From contig CT868652.1 of NCBI GenBank assembly GCA_000165425.1, positions 62,001-126,000 of the forward strand: a stretch of 64,000 bases of DNA, in the 5' to 3' direction. The notes beneath the pieces were generated by a model, which did not search any database, had not been told where the DNA came from, and saw nothing but the letters and a program-made list of their open reading frames with translations. A program made the position numbers and the translations under genes. Shown here one piece after another: positions 40,229-53,158 of this stretch. The stretch is from Paramecium tetraurelia (lineage: Eukaryota). Each line of letters starts with the position of its first letter. Position 1 is the first letter of the stretch.

Positions 40229-41160
40229 ATGGAGATCATTTAATTTAACTCAGAAATCAAACCCTGCCAATAAAGGAGACTAACATCATGACTATAGGTT
40301 ATAGGATACCCATAAAAGGGAAACCCATTAAAAGGAAGAATTCAAATTAGAACTGAAGATCACTTTGAAAATCTGCCAATTTTCAACTAATGCAATTAGC
40401 GTTTTGATAAAGAGAAAACTTATTACAATGACTGAGATATAAAGATGTGCTATGTAATATGTATTGTCAGAAAGAGATATTTTAGGGACATCTATGATCG
40501 GAAGTGGAAAAACAGAATTACACTAAATATCTTTTATTGAGAATCTCTATGTATGTAAAGGACACTCTAGATGGTTTATTAATTTAAACTAAAAGTTAAT
40601 CATCTATGCAAGTATTAAGGTTTATTTCACTTAATTCTTAACATATTTTATCAATTAATTGGTGAAAAGAATTATCAATATGAAAGTTTAGAATTTAGAT
40701 GAATGGATTGTATTATATGTAGATCTGAAATCTTTTATAGCATTTTGAAGAGAACTTGGATTTGATGCAAATAATTTAAAAGTCTTGGTTTAAATGTTAT
40801 AGATGTTAGAATTGGGTTTTTAGACACCTTTAAGCAATAAGGATTACTTTCCAACGAGAAATAGACTAATGTGCAACTCTCAATCTATGAATTCAATGGC
40901 AGATGGAATATTTGGAGGCTGAAATAAATTATTTTTTGACTAAGAAGTTAATTCTTATATATAATTTTTGGCGATCAAATAATAGCAGAAGATAAGAGAT
41001 GATAATAGATCCTAGAAGGATAACAAGAAGTTTTATAGAAAGTTGAAGATAGAACATTAAAATATGGATAGAAGTTACTTGAAAGGGTTGACAATGAATA
41101 AGCAAACTAAAGGAACAAAATTAAATAAAAAAAGAAGTCAAGAAATTTAAGAAGAATTTA
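40229..41160 (+). pseudogene. DEAD-box helicase pseudogene (DBP4/DDX10-like)
   Basis: Degenerate Q motif and motif I: FENLPISTNA..TMTEIQRCA..RDILGTSMIGSGKT; then TLDGL and GFDANNLKVLV..MLELGF with the DEAD motif missing. Frameshifts, in-frame TGAs and large deletions. Confidence 0.7.
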
Positions 41161-41606
41161 AATTTTTCTATATATTTATATGTATCATTTAAAAAATAAC
41201 TGATATTCTTTTTTATTGGATTCCTCCATTTTTTGCTATAAAATTTCCCCCGCATTTTAGTTTGAAATTCCTTTAATCCTACTAGTTCAGATTATTCTAT
41301 CATTAGTAAACCAAAAAGTTAACATTTTTTGACACAAATAAATCCACCAGTGCCATAGAACACTAATCTAATACGTTATCTGATGATTAGATCTCAATTT
41401 AATATGTAAGAATAACATAATTATCCACTAAATAAATCAGATAGGATTTTTAAAGTGATTTTTTTAGTTGGTAGTAATAATAGTAGATTAGTAGAGTAAA
41501 ACTGTTATAATTTGAGAGTCAATGTAAAACATTTAAATTTTGCTTTTAATTGAAATTTATATATATATGAATATATTGTTAATCATATATCAATATTAAA
41601 TTTGAA

Positions 41607-42266
41607 ATGAAAATTTTTGAATAGAGTTTTGGAAAATAAGAAGGATTTCAAAAGACCGCTTAATTCTTTAATCCATCAATTGGCAAAATGAATGAACACG
41701 TTTAAAAAAGAAGGAGGGAAAACTCCTTACCCCAATAGAACCTTGAAGCTATAAAATCAATATTGTCTAAAACAAAAATACTTCAAAAAAATGTGCTTTG
41801 TAGAAAAACTACCATACATTAAATGAATGATTGCAAACAAGAGAATATCCTTAGTCATCAAAGCACGAAATAAAGTACTAAACAAAGTACTCGATTAAGC
41901 ACATAAGATTCCCAAGATCTTAGTAGTAATATTCCTAAGATTGTGGATTTGAATATAAAGCATCCGATCAATTCTTTTAGTGTTTATAACTAAAAGTCTA
42001 GTTTCCACATTAGAAAGCAGACACTCAAGGAATATAGTAGTTAAACAACTCAGTTGATAGAGAATAATTCTATGATAAACAAAATTTCTAAGAGTTTGGA
42101 AGGCAAAAAATATTTAATAAAGGTGAAGAATCCTTTTGGAGAATCAAAAGAACAACAAACACAGCCAACAAGAAAATATTCTTCGAAATCGTTCATAAAC
42201 TAAAAGGCTCAAATTAAATTGGTGAATAGAATATTTTCTTCAAGATCAGAGAGCTTGTAAGAATGA
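41607..42266 (+). CDS. Hypothetical protein (219 aa)
   Basis: Intronless 220-codon code-6 frame MKIFEQSFGKQ...SRSESLQE-TGA with a short QSTK-QSTK-QSTR repeat. Confidence 0.65.
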
Positions 42267-42494
42267 AAAAAATGATTATATATGTTTGAATTAACTTTTT
42301 AAAATTTTCAGTGTAAATTTATGTAGATTTGAAATAATTAGGTGAATCGAAATTCTTAGAGCAATTTTGAGTATTGTCTTTATCAGAAGGACTTATGTTG
42401 ATGAGTATAAATGATTTAAACATCTCAGAAAGAAATAGACTTCCTTAATTAAAATTTCATAATTATTTTGTTTAAAATTAAATCGTTAAATTGT

Positions 42495-44029
42495 ATGTAC
42501 CAAAGCGCATCAAAAAGTGCCAAAGAATAAACTCTGGTTATTGGAAAGGTATTTTAGTATATATATCAGATAGGCTAGCAATTCCAACTTATCTAGAAGG
42601 GTTCAAACCGAGACAAATGATTATGACGAAGTAGAATAAGATATTCAGACATTCTAAGATATATCCAATTTCAAGCATCGCAATAAATTTATATCTTTTA
42701 ATAAACCAGCCAAAAAACCTATCATGAAAGATTTTAATGCTTAATATCAACAATGTTTAAAGAATGAGAATCAAATTAAACCAATATCTGAAGCTGTTAA
42801 AAAATGTCAGAAACCTTAAGGATTAGATAAGATCAATACAAAATCGTTGTTGATCCCAGCCAAGATAACTAGACAAGATTACTCCACCTATACTTACCAA
42901 AATCTTAAGGCCATTGGTAGTGGATCGTTTGGTACAGTCTATAAAGTATATAACCAAATAAAGATTTTAGTCTAAAGTAATAGAAACAGGAGAAATAGTG
43001 GCCATCAAGAAAGTGTTGCAGGATAAACGATACAAAAACAGAGAATTATAAATACTACAAGAGTTGAATCATCAAAATGTAGTGAAATTAAAGCATGCTT
43101 ATTTCACACCTTCGGACAACAACGATGAGACTTACTTAAATGTCGTAATGGATTATTTTCCAGAATCATTATACTCTTACAATAAATCATTTAGATAGGC
43201 ATAGGCTAGGATGCCTGAAATATTGGTGAAGATCTATTCATACTAACTGCTAAGATCAATATAGTAAGAGATCATAGAATAATTAGTTATATATCATTAT
43301 TATCCATTTGCCATAGAGATATAAAGCCTCATAATATTTTAGTTAATCCTAATCATCATAAACTTCAGCTTTGCGATTTCGGGAGTGCAAAAAAACTAGT
43401 AAAAACAGAAGCAAACATCTCCTACATATGTTCGAGATGTTATAGGGCTCCAGAATTGATATTTGGAGCAGTCAATTATGATACGTAGATCGACGTTTGG
43501 TCAGTAGGATGTGTGATAGCTGAGTTATTTAATGGAGAGCCACTCTTTTTAGGAGATAGTGCTGTCGATTAGTTAATTGAAATCATAAAGGTACTTGGAA
43601 CTCCGAATAAGGTTCAAGTATTAAGTATGAATTCAGAATATGACATGCAATAATATAAATTCCCTTAAATTAAAGCGAGGGATTGGAAGAGAGTATTCAA
43701 TGTTAATATGTAGGTGATAAAAACAAATGATTCCATGGCTACTGATCTGGTTTCTAAATTACTTGTGTACTCTCCCAAAACAAGATTCACTCCAATTTAG
43801 GCTTTGGGTCATCCCTATTTTGATTAATTACGAGATTTACATCAAATGAAACAACTATAAGAAATCTACAACTTCAACATTTAAGAATTGTTCGAGTTTA
43901 GTAATTGTAAGTTATTTCTAATAAACTTTATTAGTTGAAACTAATAAAATGACCAATGATGAAATTAAGAAGTTAATTCCTGATTGGATCAGCAATAGTT
44001 CTTCTAAAATCGTAAAGACAATAGGTTGA
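42495..44029 (+). CDS. GSK3: GSK3/Shaggy-like kinase
   Basis: [89 protein letters not shown]. Confidence 0.95.
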
Positions 44030-44117
44030 TATATGATAACTATTAATATTAAATTGCTTTGATTAATATAATTTGAAATAAATTAATTAAGTCATTTATT
44101 CCAGAGCATTTTTAGAT

Positions 44118-45497
44118 TCAAATATGTTATATTAATGGTTAACCCATCTTAGCCAATTATTAATTATCCCAATTATCAATGTACACTTCTTCTTCATCTG
44201 GTTTTTCTTCAAAATATTGGTATTCCAATTGTTATTACTTCATAATAAAATTTAGCTCCTTTTTATAAACATTTTCACCAACCAATTCCAAATATTCATT
44301 TGTATCAACGTATTTCTTTTTTGAGTTATGTGGTTTTATTTTTTCATCAAAGTATTTTTCTAATTTCTTGCTATACAAATTCTAACTTGATGCTAAATTT
44401 TTATATATTCATACCATTTGGTATCACTTTTTCAATCTATTAATAAGGATTATCAATAACTTTTGTATTGAAATTGCTCTGTATATCTGACAATACGAAA
44501 TTTTATTATTAATTTAAATGTTCAGCCTTGTAATCTTTGACATATCTATTTATCAATCTATTCGTCATGGTGATGCTTTTAGGTCTTTATGAGGTTAACA
44601 ACGAAAATGGAGGTCTATCATCCTTACAATCATACCATCTTAGTCTAAGATACCATAATCTATCGTTATGTTTCTCATCCTCATTCTTTTAAGATTCAAT
44701 GATATTTAATTTGATGTTTCTATCTCTGTAATTATCTGATCTAACCAGTATAGTTTCAGTAGGAGATCTTTCACAATTTGATGCAATTTAATTATTGACT
44801 TACTCCCACTTCTCCTTTGCCTAATCAAACGATTCCAGGGTTCTTTTATCTCTTGTGATTGCATTCCTGAGATGAAGAGGAAGTTTGAGTTCTTATTTAC
44901 TTTTATCTATTTTATCAGTTTCAATTCTGCGTTTAGCTTCAACTAACTTGATTAAAGCATCTTATCTTGGTAACATTTTAAATTCGCCTCTGGGTTTCTT
45001 GGGAGTTTTCCTTGACTAACCCATACCTGAAATTTATGATTGAGATTATTATAAGAGTAAAGGTCTTACAGAAGGGACATCATCAGAGAATGAATCATCT
45101 CCTTCTTGCCTTCTTTATTTAATTACAACTCTCTATTTGTTCTTATTTCTGACAGCCAAAAACTGTTCAGCCTTACCAACTATAGACCACTTTACTACCT
45201 TCTCCTTTTTGTCATCCTCATATCTCGGTCCAATTTAATTGTCCTTATATTTCTTCCTCTCTTCATTTTTAACCTCTATGTAACGATGATCATATTACCA
45301 TCGAAGATATTTCTTATTGTTTGCAATGAATTAGGTTTCATAAATATTGATTTGCTTGTACCCAATTAGCTTTTACTTTCGAATTAAAAATCGCTACCTG
45401 TAGCAGCTGTGGTGGTTGCAGGACGTAGACTGTCCTCATAAGATTTATACCCTAAGTCAACTTTTTAAGATAAAAATAACTTGGTCTTTGTGCTCAT
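44118..45497 (-). CDS. Hypothetical protein
   Basis: MSTKTKLFLSQKVDLGYKSYEDSLRPATTTAATGS.. with a probable tiny intron; ends ..MGQPLIQHI-TGA. Confidence 0.6.
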
Positions 45498-45551
45498 TTT
45501 ATATATAAATTAATTAAGATGTGGTAATTGATGAATACATTGTTATAAAAT

Positions 45552-45881
45552 TCATTTTTTGTTTGAAACAAACCTCCCTTTCTCTCTCTATCGAGTTTAT
45601 GCCTTTTTTGCTCTATAATCATAATGGTTCTTTTTAAGAAACTATCTAGTATTTTTTTTTTGTCTATATTTTTAAATTTTTTTCTATCTCTCTTGATAAG
45701 TTAAGGGTCCAATCTAAGCCTAAGTTGAGAATTTAAACTAATTGAAGTATTCAATCATCTCCTTCGTCAACCCCTCCTTAATAGGAAGTAATTGTTTTAT
45801 ATCAATAAATTGAGCCAAAAATGCATCTGCCTTTTAAATGTTTGCCTTAGAGAAAGGATCGCTAGTATTGTTATCGTTCAT
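45552..45881 (-). CDS. CCT-motif (CONSTANS/CO-like/TOC1) microprotein, 109 aa
   Basis: Intronless 110-codon frame ending IGPLTYQERQKKIQKYRQKKNTRQFLKKNHYDYRAKKAQTRQRERGRFVSNKK, matching the CCT pattern R..++.+Y+.K+..R.F.K...Y..R...A..R.R.+GRF. Confidence 0.85.
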
Positions 45882-46568
45882 AATTATTTATCTGAATTAA
45901 ATTACAAAATGTAATTTATAATTATTAAAGGTTTATAGTATGGCATTTTATAATATTTCTTATTTCTCACTAGTATTACGATAGCCTTAATATTTCTGGA
46001 TTGCTGAGAACTTTCGATCAAAATTAAATGGTAATTTCAAAATTGTTATGTACTTTAACACTTAAGTGATACATTATGAAGTAAACACAATTAATAAATT
46101 GGTCGCATCATCTTAAATTATTAGGAGAGCTATCCAGCTTTTCTATTGAATAGGATATAATCATCCTTAAGTATTTGATATTGTTAGAATTAGTTTTTGC
46201 TCCAACCTCTATAATTATGAATTGCCAAATCTAGAACTTTTTTTCTTAAAAAAAATTATAAATTTTGAATAATCAAAAAATTAGGTAATGTATATATAAT
46301 CTATAATTCCTTCTTGAAATATATCAATCTTTAGTATAATAATATTTTGAATCAATCTTGAGTAACCTTATTCAAAAAGACAATTAATGTAACCATAAAA
46401 TAATCGGAAAAACATTAGTGACATAAATTCATATGGAATAAACGTGGATGAATGCTAAGAGGGAATATAATTGAGTAAGGCAAGTTTAGTCTAGAGAAGG
46501 TAATTTCTGTTCCAAAATTATACCCTTTACTAGATTTATAAAATTAATAATAATATCACAAATTTCTT

Positions 46569-48410
46569 ATGGCAAATAAAGTTGGGGCCACTTAGGTTTA
46601 TGAAACATAACCAATGAAACTCTATGATGAGAATATTGAAAATAATGGAGTGATTGCTCCTTATAATCTATGTCCAAAAGGAGTGTACATTTTGAATATG
46701 TGCACCACAATTGCTAACACATTTTTATTGTCAAGTATTAATATATTTGTATAACTCTCAAAAGCATCAGGATAAGTGTATTCTTGGGGAAACAACTGCG
46801 AAGAGTTGGGTAGAACATGTGCTACTTAAGCCGAGGCTTCAAGACCTGGCATTATTTCTTTTCAAACAAAAATTATGTAAATTTGTTCTGGGAATAATCA
46901 TATCCTGGCATTAGATGTAAACGGGGTTGTCTATAGTTGGGGGAGAAATGAGGCAGGATAACTTGGACAGAATGACTTAGACCCTGTTTCTTTGCCAAAG
47001 GAGGTAGAATTTTTCAAGAAGTCTCCTGTTGTGTAGATATATGCGGGAGGGGATTCCTCATATGCCATAACCAAAAAAGGGAGTCTGTTTGCTTGGGGTG
47101 ATAATTCTAATAATCAACTTGGTTTGGGAGATGGAGATCATTCTTCGCCATAATAGGTCATTCAAACACCTTGGGACAATGCAAGAGAAGTGAAAATAGT
47201 ATATGGGAAAAATAATCTGGGTTATTTATTTAATATTGACAACATAACCAAGGAATAGGAAAATTAGGTTGTCAGTATGTAACTGAAGGAAGCTTAAGAA
47301 GAAATTATGAAATTATAATAAAAATTTAATGAGTAACAGAGTTTATCAGCCAAATAGCCTGCTATTGTGGAAAAGACTATGGGTGAAGATTAATTACTTA
47401 AAAATATCCAGGCTCAAATTCAATCAGCCACTGGATAATCTAATTCTTAAGAAAATACATTGAAATTGACAGCTGAAGAAATTCTATAATTAGAAAAAGA
47501 TTTGCAGAGTATTAAATAATAATTATGTAAAATCTTAAGTGATTATGATATTAGTTGATATATTTGCTAAAGAAAACGAATTGAATAATTAAAGGGAAGA
47601 GGTTGATATGTAAGTGAGAAAATTAGAAAGAAGTGATTAAGGTAAATCAGCTGAACATGAATTAAAAATAAAAGAATAAAAGCGAATTAAAGAATTATTT
47701 TAAGCAAATGACAATATCAAAAATAATTTATTAAAAAGGTAGAATCAATCAGAAGAAACTAAGTTAAGAAAATAAGAAGAATTAGGTAAATAGAAAGAAA
47801 AAGCAAAGGATTTATAAAATCTCATTTCTCTATTAAAAGTAGTAGAAACTGATCGAAAAATCACATTAAAGAAAAAGTTTTTAGAGTAGAACAAAGTCGA
47901 TTTAGAGAAGTTCATGGAAAAGATAACTCATTTCTTTAGAGAAATGTGCGATTGTAACATAGCTGAGATAGCCAAAAAAACTAATTAGTTATCTGGAATG
48001 GCCAATATTATAAAATAAAGTAATGAAAAATTATCATATATTAAAAATGAATTATTGGGATTCAAGATTAATTCTAGCGATGAAAGTTATGAGATTTTAT
48101 CAAAAATTCTTGATATTTTATCAGATAATCTGAATTTGAGAAAAAAACTAAATGATTATATGGTGGGAGTTATTATGATGAGTGAGGAAAAAACATAATA
48201 ACCAATTAAAGTGCAAGAAATTTAGAGTTAGCAATAAAAAAAGTTATAGCAATTTATTGAGAAGCAGCAAAAGGAATTATAAGAGATCGGAAGACTGTAA
48301 ATCGATGGTAGAAAATATAAGGCTCAAGTTCAATCAATTAATAATATGAAGCTAAAATAAAGAGATGTAATTCTAAATTTTAATTCTAGTTCTGTTTTGG
48401 CTTAATTTGA
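46569..48410 (+). CDS. RCC1-repeat protein with a C-terminal coiled coil
   Basis: SGQVYSWGNN..LGR, ICSGNNHILALDVNGVVYSWGRNEAGQLG, IYAGGDSSYAITKKGSLFAWGDNSNNQLGLG; long K/E/Q coiled coil; tiny introns. Confidence 0.88.
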
Positions 48411-49484
48411 AGATACGGCTTTAATTCTTAAATTCATTTTATATATGATTTATTTTTAAATTAACAATTAATTAATTGCTTTTCCTTTCATTTTAGGTCT
48501 TAACAATAAGATTGGGAATAGTTTAAGCTCTATCCATTGATCAATAAATAGCAAAGTATATATCTTACAATTAAGTAATAACTAAAATTAAAGTCAATTC
48601 TATAAGTAAAGAATTATCTTAGTAATATATTACATCTTCTTCATACTAAATAGAGACATTTCTTTCCTCAAACAATCAAGGTTTGGCTGCTTTTCATAAT
48701 GTTGAAAATTATTTAAAGCTGTATATTAGGCTCAGTAAGTATTTTAACTGAAAATTTTGATATATTTAAATAAGAAGGTAGAAAGATACAAATAAGCTTT
48801 AAAAACTAATATTAAATCAAAATTAATATTATTAAATTTGTGTTGATGAATACCAAATGAAAATTAAAAAAATTTATAGGTTTATTATGATACTGGAGAG
48901 TACTGGATATTTAGATTGTTAGTTTTCAAAGAGAATTACTATTTTGAAAAATAATCTAAAAACACCATCAAAATTTATCATCAATATTTGATAACGCAAC
49001 CAAGTGTAGATCCAACCCTGGTATTTTTTATTTTATAATATTTATATTCTACATATGAGAAATATATGAGTGATTAAATCAATAACTTAGGAAAGAAATT
49101 ATAAATTAATTCAATAAATGTAATCGAGTAAAACCAATTTGATCATTACTACAATCATAGATCACTTATTTATTGAATTTCTAAATATCCCGATGTAGAA
49201 TATTGCAAGTCTTTGTGTTTGAAACTTTGTGGAATCATTTTTATTTTGTATTAAAGTTTCTAGAAAAATGAATACACATTTTGTTTAATTTATAAATAAT
49301 ATTCATTGAATCTGAAACTATCAAATCTATGAAAACAAAGTCCTTAAATTGAAAAATCGTTTATTGAAAGATGATTTTGGTGAGATTATTAGGTCATTAT
49401 TAAATTGTTCACTGAGTCAATCTACATTATAATGAGAAAATATTTTATAAAGCATTATTTAATTAAAATTAAATTCTTTTCCTA

Positions 49485-50447
49485 ATGATTTAGAAGAAGT
49501 GTCCAAAGTTTATTGGTAAACTTTATAACATTTTAGAGGTAACTTTGAATAATAATGTAGAATCAACTAAGTGAAACTATTCATTGGAATGAGGATGGAG
49601 ATGCTATTCTTATTAATGATATTGAAGAATTGGTGAAATCAGTATTGAGCGTTCACTACAAATAATCAAATTTTCTCAGCTTCTCAAGGTAATGATCCTC
49701 TATTTCTTCTCAGATAATTGAACCAATATGGATTTCAGAAATAAAGGATCGGGAAAAAAACCTATATATTTAAACATCCTTACTTCCAAAAAACCAAGAA
49801 GTAACAATTTAAATTTATAAGAGGGAAAATCTCATTAATATTGTGAGTTCTCATAAAATAAAGTCCTTTAAAATTTAACAATAAGAAGGCGATGATGATA
49901 ATTTAGTTAACATAAATGAGTAAAGTTCTTTGGCAACAACCATAAAAAAATTGTAAAACTAATAGAAGATTATTTGTTAACAATTTTCAGAATAAATTGA
50001 ATTATAATCTCAAATTAAATAGATCATTATATTCCTTAAAAAGGTAATAGTAATAATATATCAAAGAAAATATATGAGTGCGATCAAACAATCGATAATT
50101 ATTGTTTCATTGGTTAATTGCATTTGGTAAAAGCTATGAATTTGATTCCAAATGATGAAGAACACTAATAAGAAATAGAATTTATCAAATAAATTTTAGA
50201 ACAGTTTTCAAATATTTATATGGAATACATTGATTAAAGTTAAGTTAGTTAAAGAAGCTACAATCTGTCAGTAAGATCTTGTACACCTCTTCCATTTTAT
50301 CAATATGAGTAATCACAACAATAGAAGCCACCTGCTGGACTAATTGACCAAAAAAATACATAATTAAAACAAAATATAGCCAACTATTTGATATGGTTGT
50401 AATAGTGGTATTAAGAAGCATTATAACTATATGGAAATTTAAAATGA
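49485..50447 (+). CDS. HSF-type DNA-binding domain protein
   Basis: PKFIGKLYNILE|..IHWNEDGDAILI..VLSVHYKQSNFLSFSR|QLNQYGFQK..FKHPYF; four tiny introns. Confidence 0.9.
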
Positions 50448-50469
50448 TTTATATTACAATTATTTCGAA

Positions 50470-51471
50470 TATATCAGTTTAGTAGATACTTGACTAATTA
50501 TTAATGATGCCTATATTTTAAGATCGAGATTAAATTAATTAGAATAAAAATTTATAGATTATACTTAATACAATCTAGTGAAGTTGATATCAAGAGTTTT
50601 GAATGGCTTCATCTCTAAGTTGATTCAAATTTTTTTTGTCATATTTCTAAAAGTCTTCCAGATAATCAAGATCTAAGTTTGTTTAAGATCTAAATTTTAT
50701 AAAATTATCTTACTCAACTGAGTTGTTATTTATATTAAGTTGCTTCTAATTTTAATGTTTGTTTTGTGACAAATGAAACTTCGACTTTGAGGTTTTAAGA
50801 AATGGTTAGTTTTGATCAGCATAATTATCAAGTTCTGTTCTGCTTTTGCCATATTTATTTCTAATTGATTCAAATTCCCTTTTAATATCGTCTTGATTGG
50901 CTAACTTCACTTAAATAGGGATGCTCTGTTATTTTTTATAGAACTACAAATTAGCCTCGAATTATGATTTGACAATCTTATTTTTGAATTTAATAGAAGG
51001 AAAGGATGTCTATAAACATTAATATTAATTTTACTCTATTTTCACTTTGATCATGATGAGCAAAATAATTATTGTAATAATTCCTGGTAGTTGTTATTCC
51101 TTCTTTTTGAGATTAAGTGTTCTTTTTATGATTTGGAATAATCAATTTAATCACTTTTGGATCCAGTGATCTATTTGGTAATTATTCAATATTTTAAATT
51201 GATAGTGAATATGATAAGATCTAGTTTTGATTGATTTAAGGTTTATGTTTTAGCCTTAGTTTTTTCATTTGAGTTTGACAAGTATTTGAATTAGAAGGAG
51301 TTCTTATGAATTCATGCTTATATTATTTTAATTATAAAAAACTTCTATCATCTAACTTTCTTGTTGAATCCAATCTTTTTTATGATTATTAATTTCTTGA
51401 TAATCTAAATACATCAAACCTCTTTAATCTTTTATCCATTATAATATTTATTTTTTATAATTTATATACAT
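50470..51471 (-). CDS. Hypothetical protein
   Basis: Code-6 frame ..MYLDYQEINNHKKDWIQQESQMIE|HEFIRTPSNSNTCQ..; both ends uncertain. Confidence 0.45.
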
Positions 51472-51777
51472 TTGTTTTTCTGAATGAAAATGATTAATGG
51501 TGAGATTAAAAACACCATTATAACTCAGATAATCATGAAACAAAGAAATTTGCATCTTTTTTAAACGTTGTTTTCAACATTTTTAACAGTTGAATTTTCT
51601 TGATTGGAAAGTTACGAGTTGTATTACATAATTTGTAATATTATATTCCTATATTCATCTAAAACTGTGATAAATTGTCAAAGGAATAAATTAGTTCCAG
51701 TTGGGTATGGGAGACAACTAACAAAATAAATATTGGAAAGTTGTAAAAGTCGCATTCCTTTGATTGCTATGGAATAC

Positions 51778-53016
51778 TCAAAAACAAATTTTTATATAAA
51801 TAACTGTAAAAACAGAAATTTTTATGGTCAATTTAGAATCCTGAATTTTGATATTTTATTATTCATAATTTTAATATTGAATGAATTATCATTACTTTTT
51901 TAATTCACTGATCTTTTTCTCTTATTCAATAGTCTCTTCAAGAACTATCTATTCATCCTTTGTTATAATCCAATCATAATTTTTATAATAATAATGGTAT
52001 GGCATTCCTGGAGGATGTAAAATATAACTAGCTTACATGTAAGTTAATATAGTGTCACCCCCTTGAATTAATGTAATATTATACTTGTTCCATAGACAAG
52101 TGTGTAAACTTATGATTGATTTATCATTGATTCAGCAGTAACTCTAAGATATGCTGAACCGGCATAACTGTGAATATCAAATCCACTTATACCTTGAGCC
52201 AAAATGTTATACGCTGGGTCTAAGGAGTAAATTGATGGGACTAACCTAGAAAACTTTTGGGCTCTAATAGTTTGTCTGTTTCCATTGTCTAGGAATTGAT
52301 TTTAAGTAGAATAATAGGCACCAACAGATCCTGCCAAAGTCAAGTAATTATTTGAAATGAAATAGGCAACATAAAGAGATCTCACATGACAGTAGTCTCT
52401 GGTGAGGAATCTGACGTCCATGCTATTTGATGTGGGTAGACCCATTTGAATTCTGACACTCGTAAATAAAGAATTAAATATTTCGAAGTCTGCACCCACA
52501 ATAAATGCTGTAACTTTGGGTGCAGGATAGCGAGGATAATATGATATCATGAAATCTTATGCCCTTGCTCCAAACCCTTGGCTCAATTAGTATAAATCTT
52601 TCTCTTGATAATGAACATATTGTATTTCGACTTAGTCATCAACTAAAGCGACCCATCTCACACTAAGAATAGGTACTACTGCTGGACCCCAAATGACATA
52701 ATTTATGGTAAACCCATAAATGGTTACATCTGAAACGTACGTTTGATAATTGATATTTCTTCCTCGACTCCATTAAATCTCCTAATGCATCAAAAGCACT
52801 TATGGGCAACTAAGGTTTTATAAATTGCTAACCATACACACTAAATCTTGTTGAGAAAGTCACCTAACTCTAAAATCTCATTGGATAGGTTGGAAATAAA
52901 AATTGATCTTATTTAGATATACTGTTATCTACTCCTGTTTACCATTCTGCATAATATTCGGATCCATAATAGGCATTGGAAATGGTAAGACACAGAATTA
53001 CAATTAAGTACAACAT
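51778..53016 (-). CDS. Secreted protein with three tandem H-type lectin-like domains
   Basis: Signal peptide MLYLIVILCLTISNA; domain 1 VTFSTRFSVCPQVLL..NINYQTYVSDVTIYGFTINYVIWG..LSVRWVA; domain 2 PKVTAFIVGADF..VRIQM..VRFLT..LYVAYF; domain 3 GISGFDI..LRVTAES..ASYI. The 3' end is uncertain. Confidence 0.7.
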
Positions 53017-53158
53017 TAAAAATAATATAATATTACAAAAAACGATATTACTAATATTATCTATTCTTAAATGTATGAGATATGACCATCTCATAGTTCG
53101 TTTAACTGCATAAATAAAAGTATATATTTACAACTTAGATTGCAAAAACATTGATAAT

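Noticed and set aside
42300..42470. Two CTGA motifs on the minus strand suggesting a C/D snoRNA
   Set aside because: No acceptable box C upstream.
45930..46560. 5' extension of the RCC1 gene or a separate ORF
   Set aside because: Frames from ATG 45940 and 46288 end at TGA without motifs; ATG 46569 gives a clean RCC1 model.
48420..49440. Possible gene between RCC1 and HSF
   Set aside because: No coherent code-6 frame or motif found by eye.
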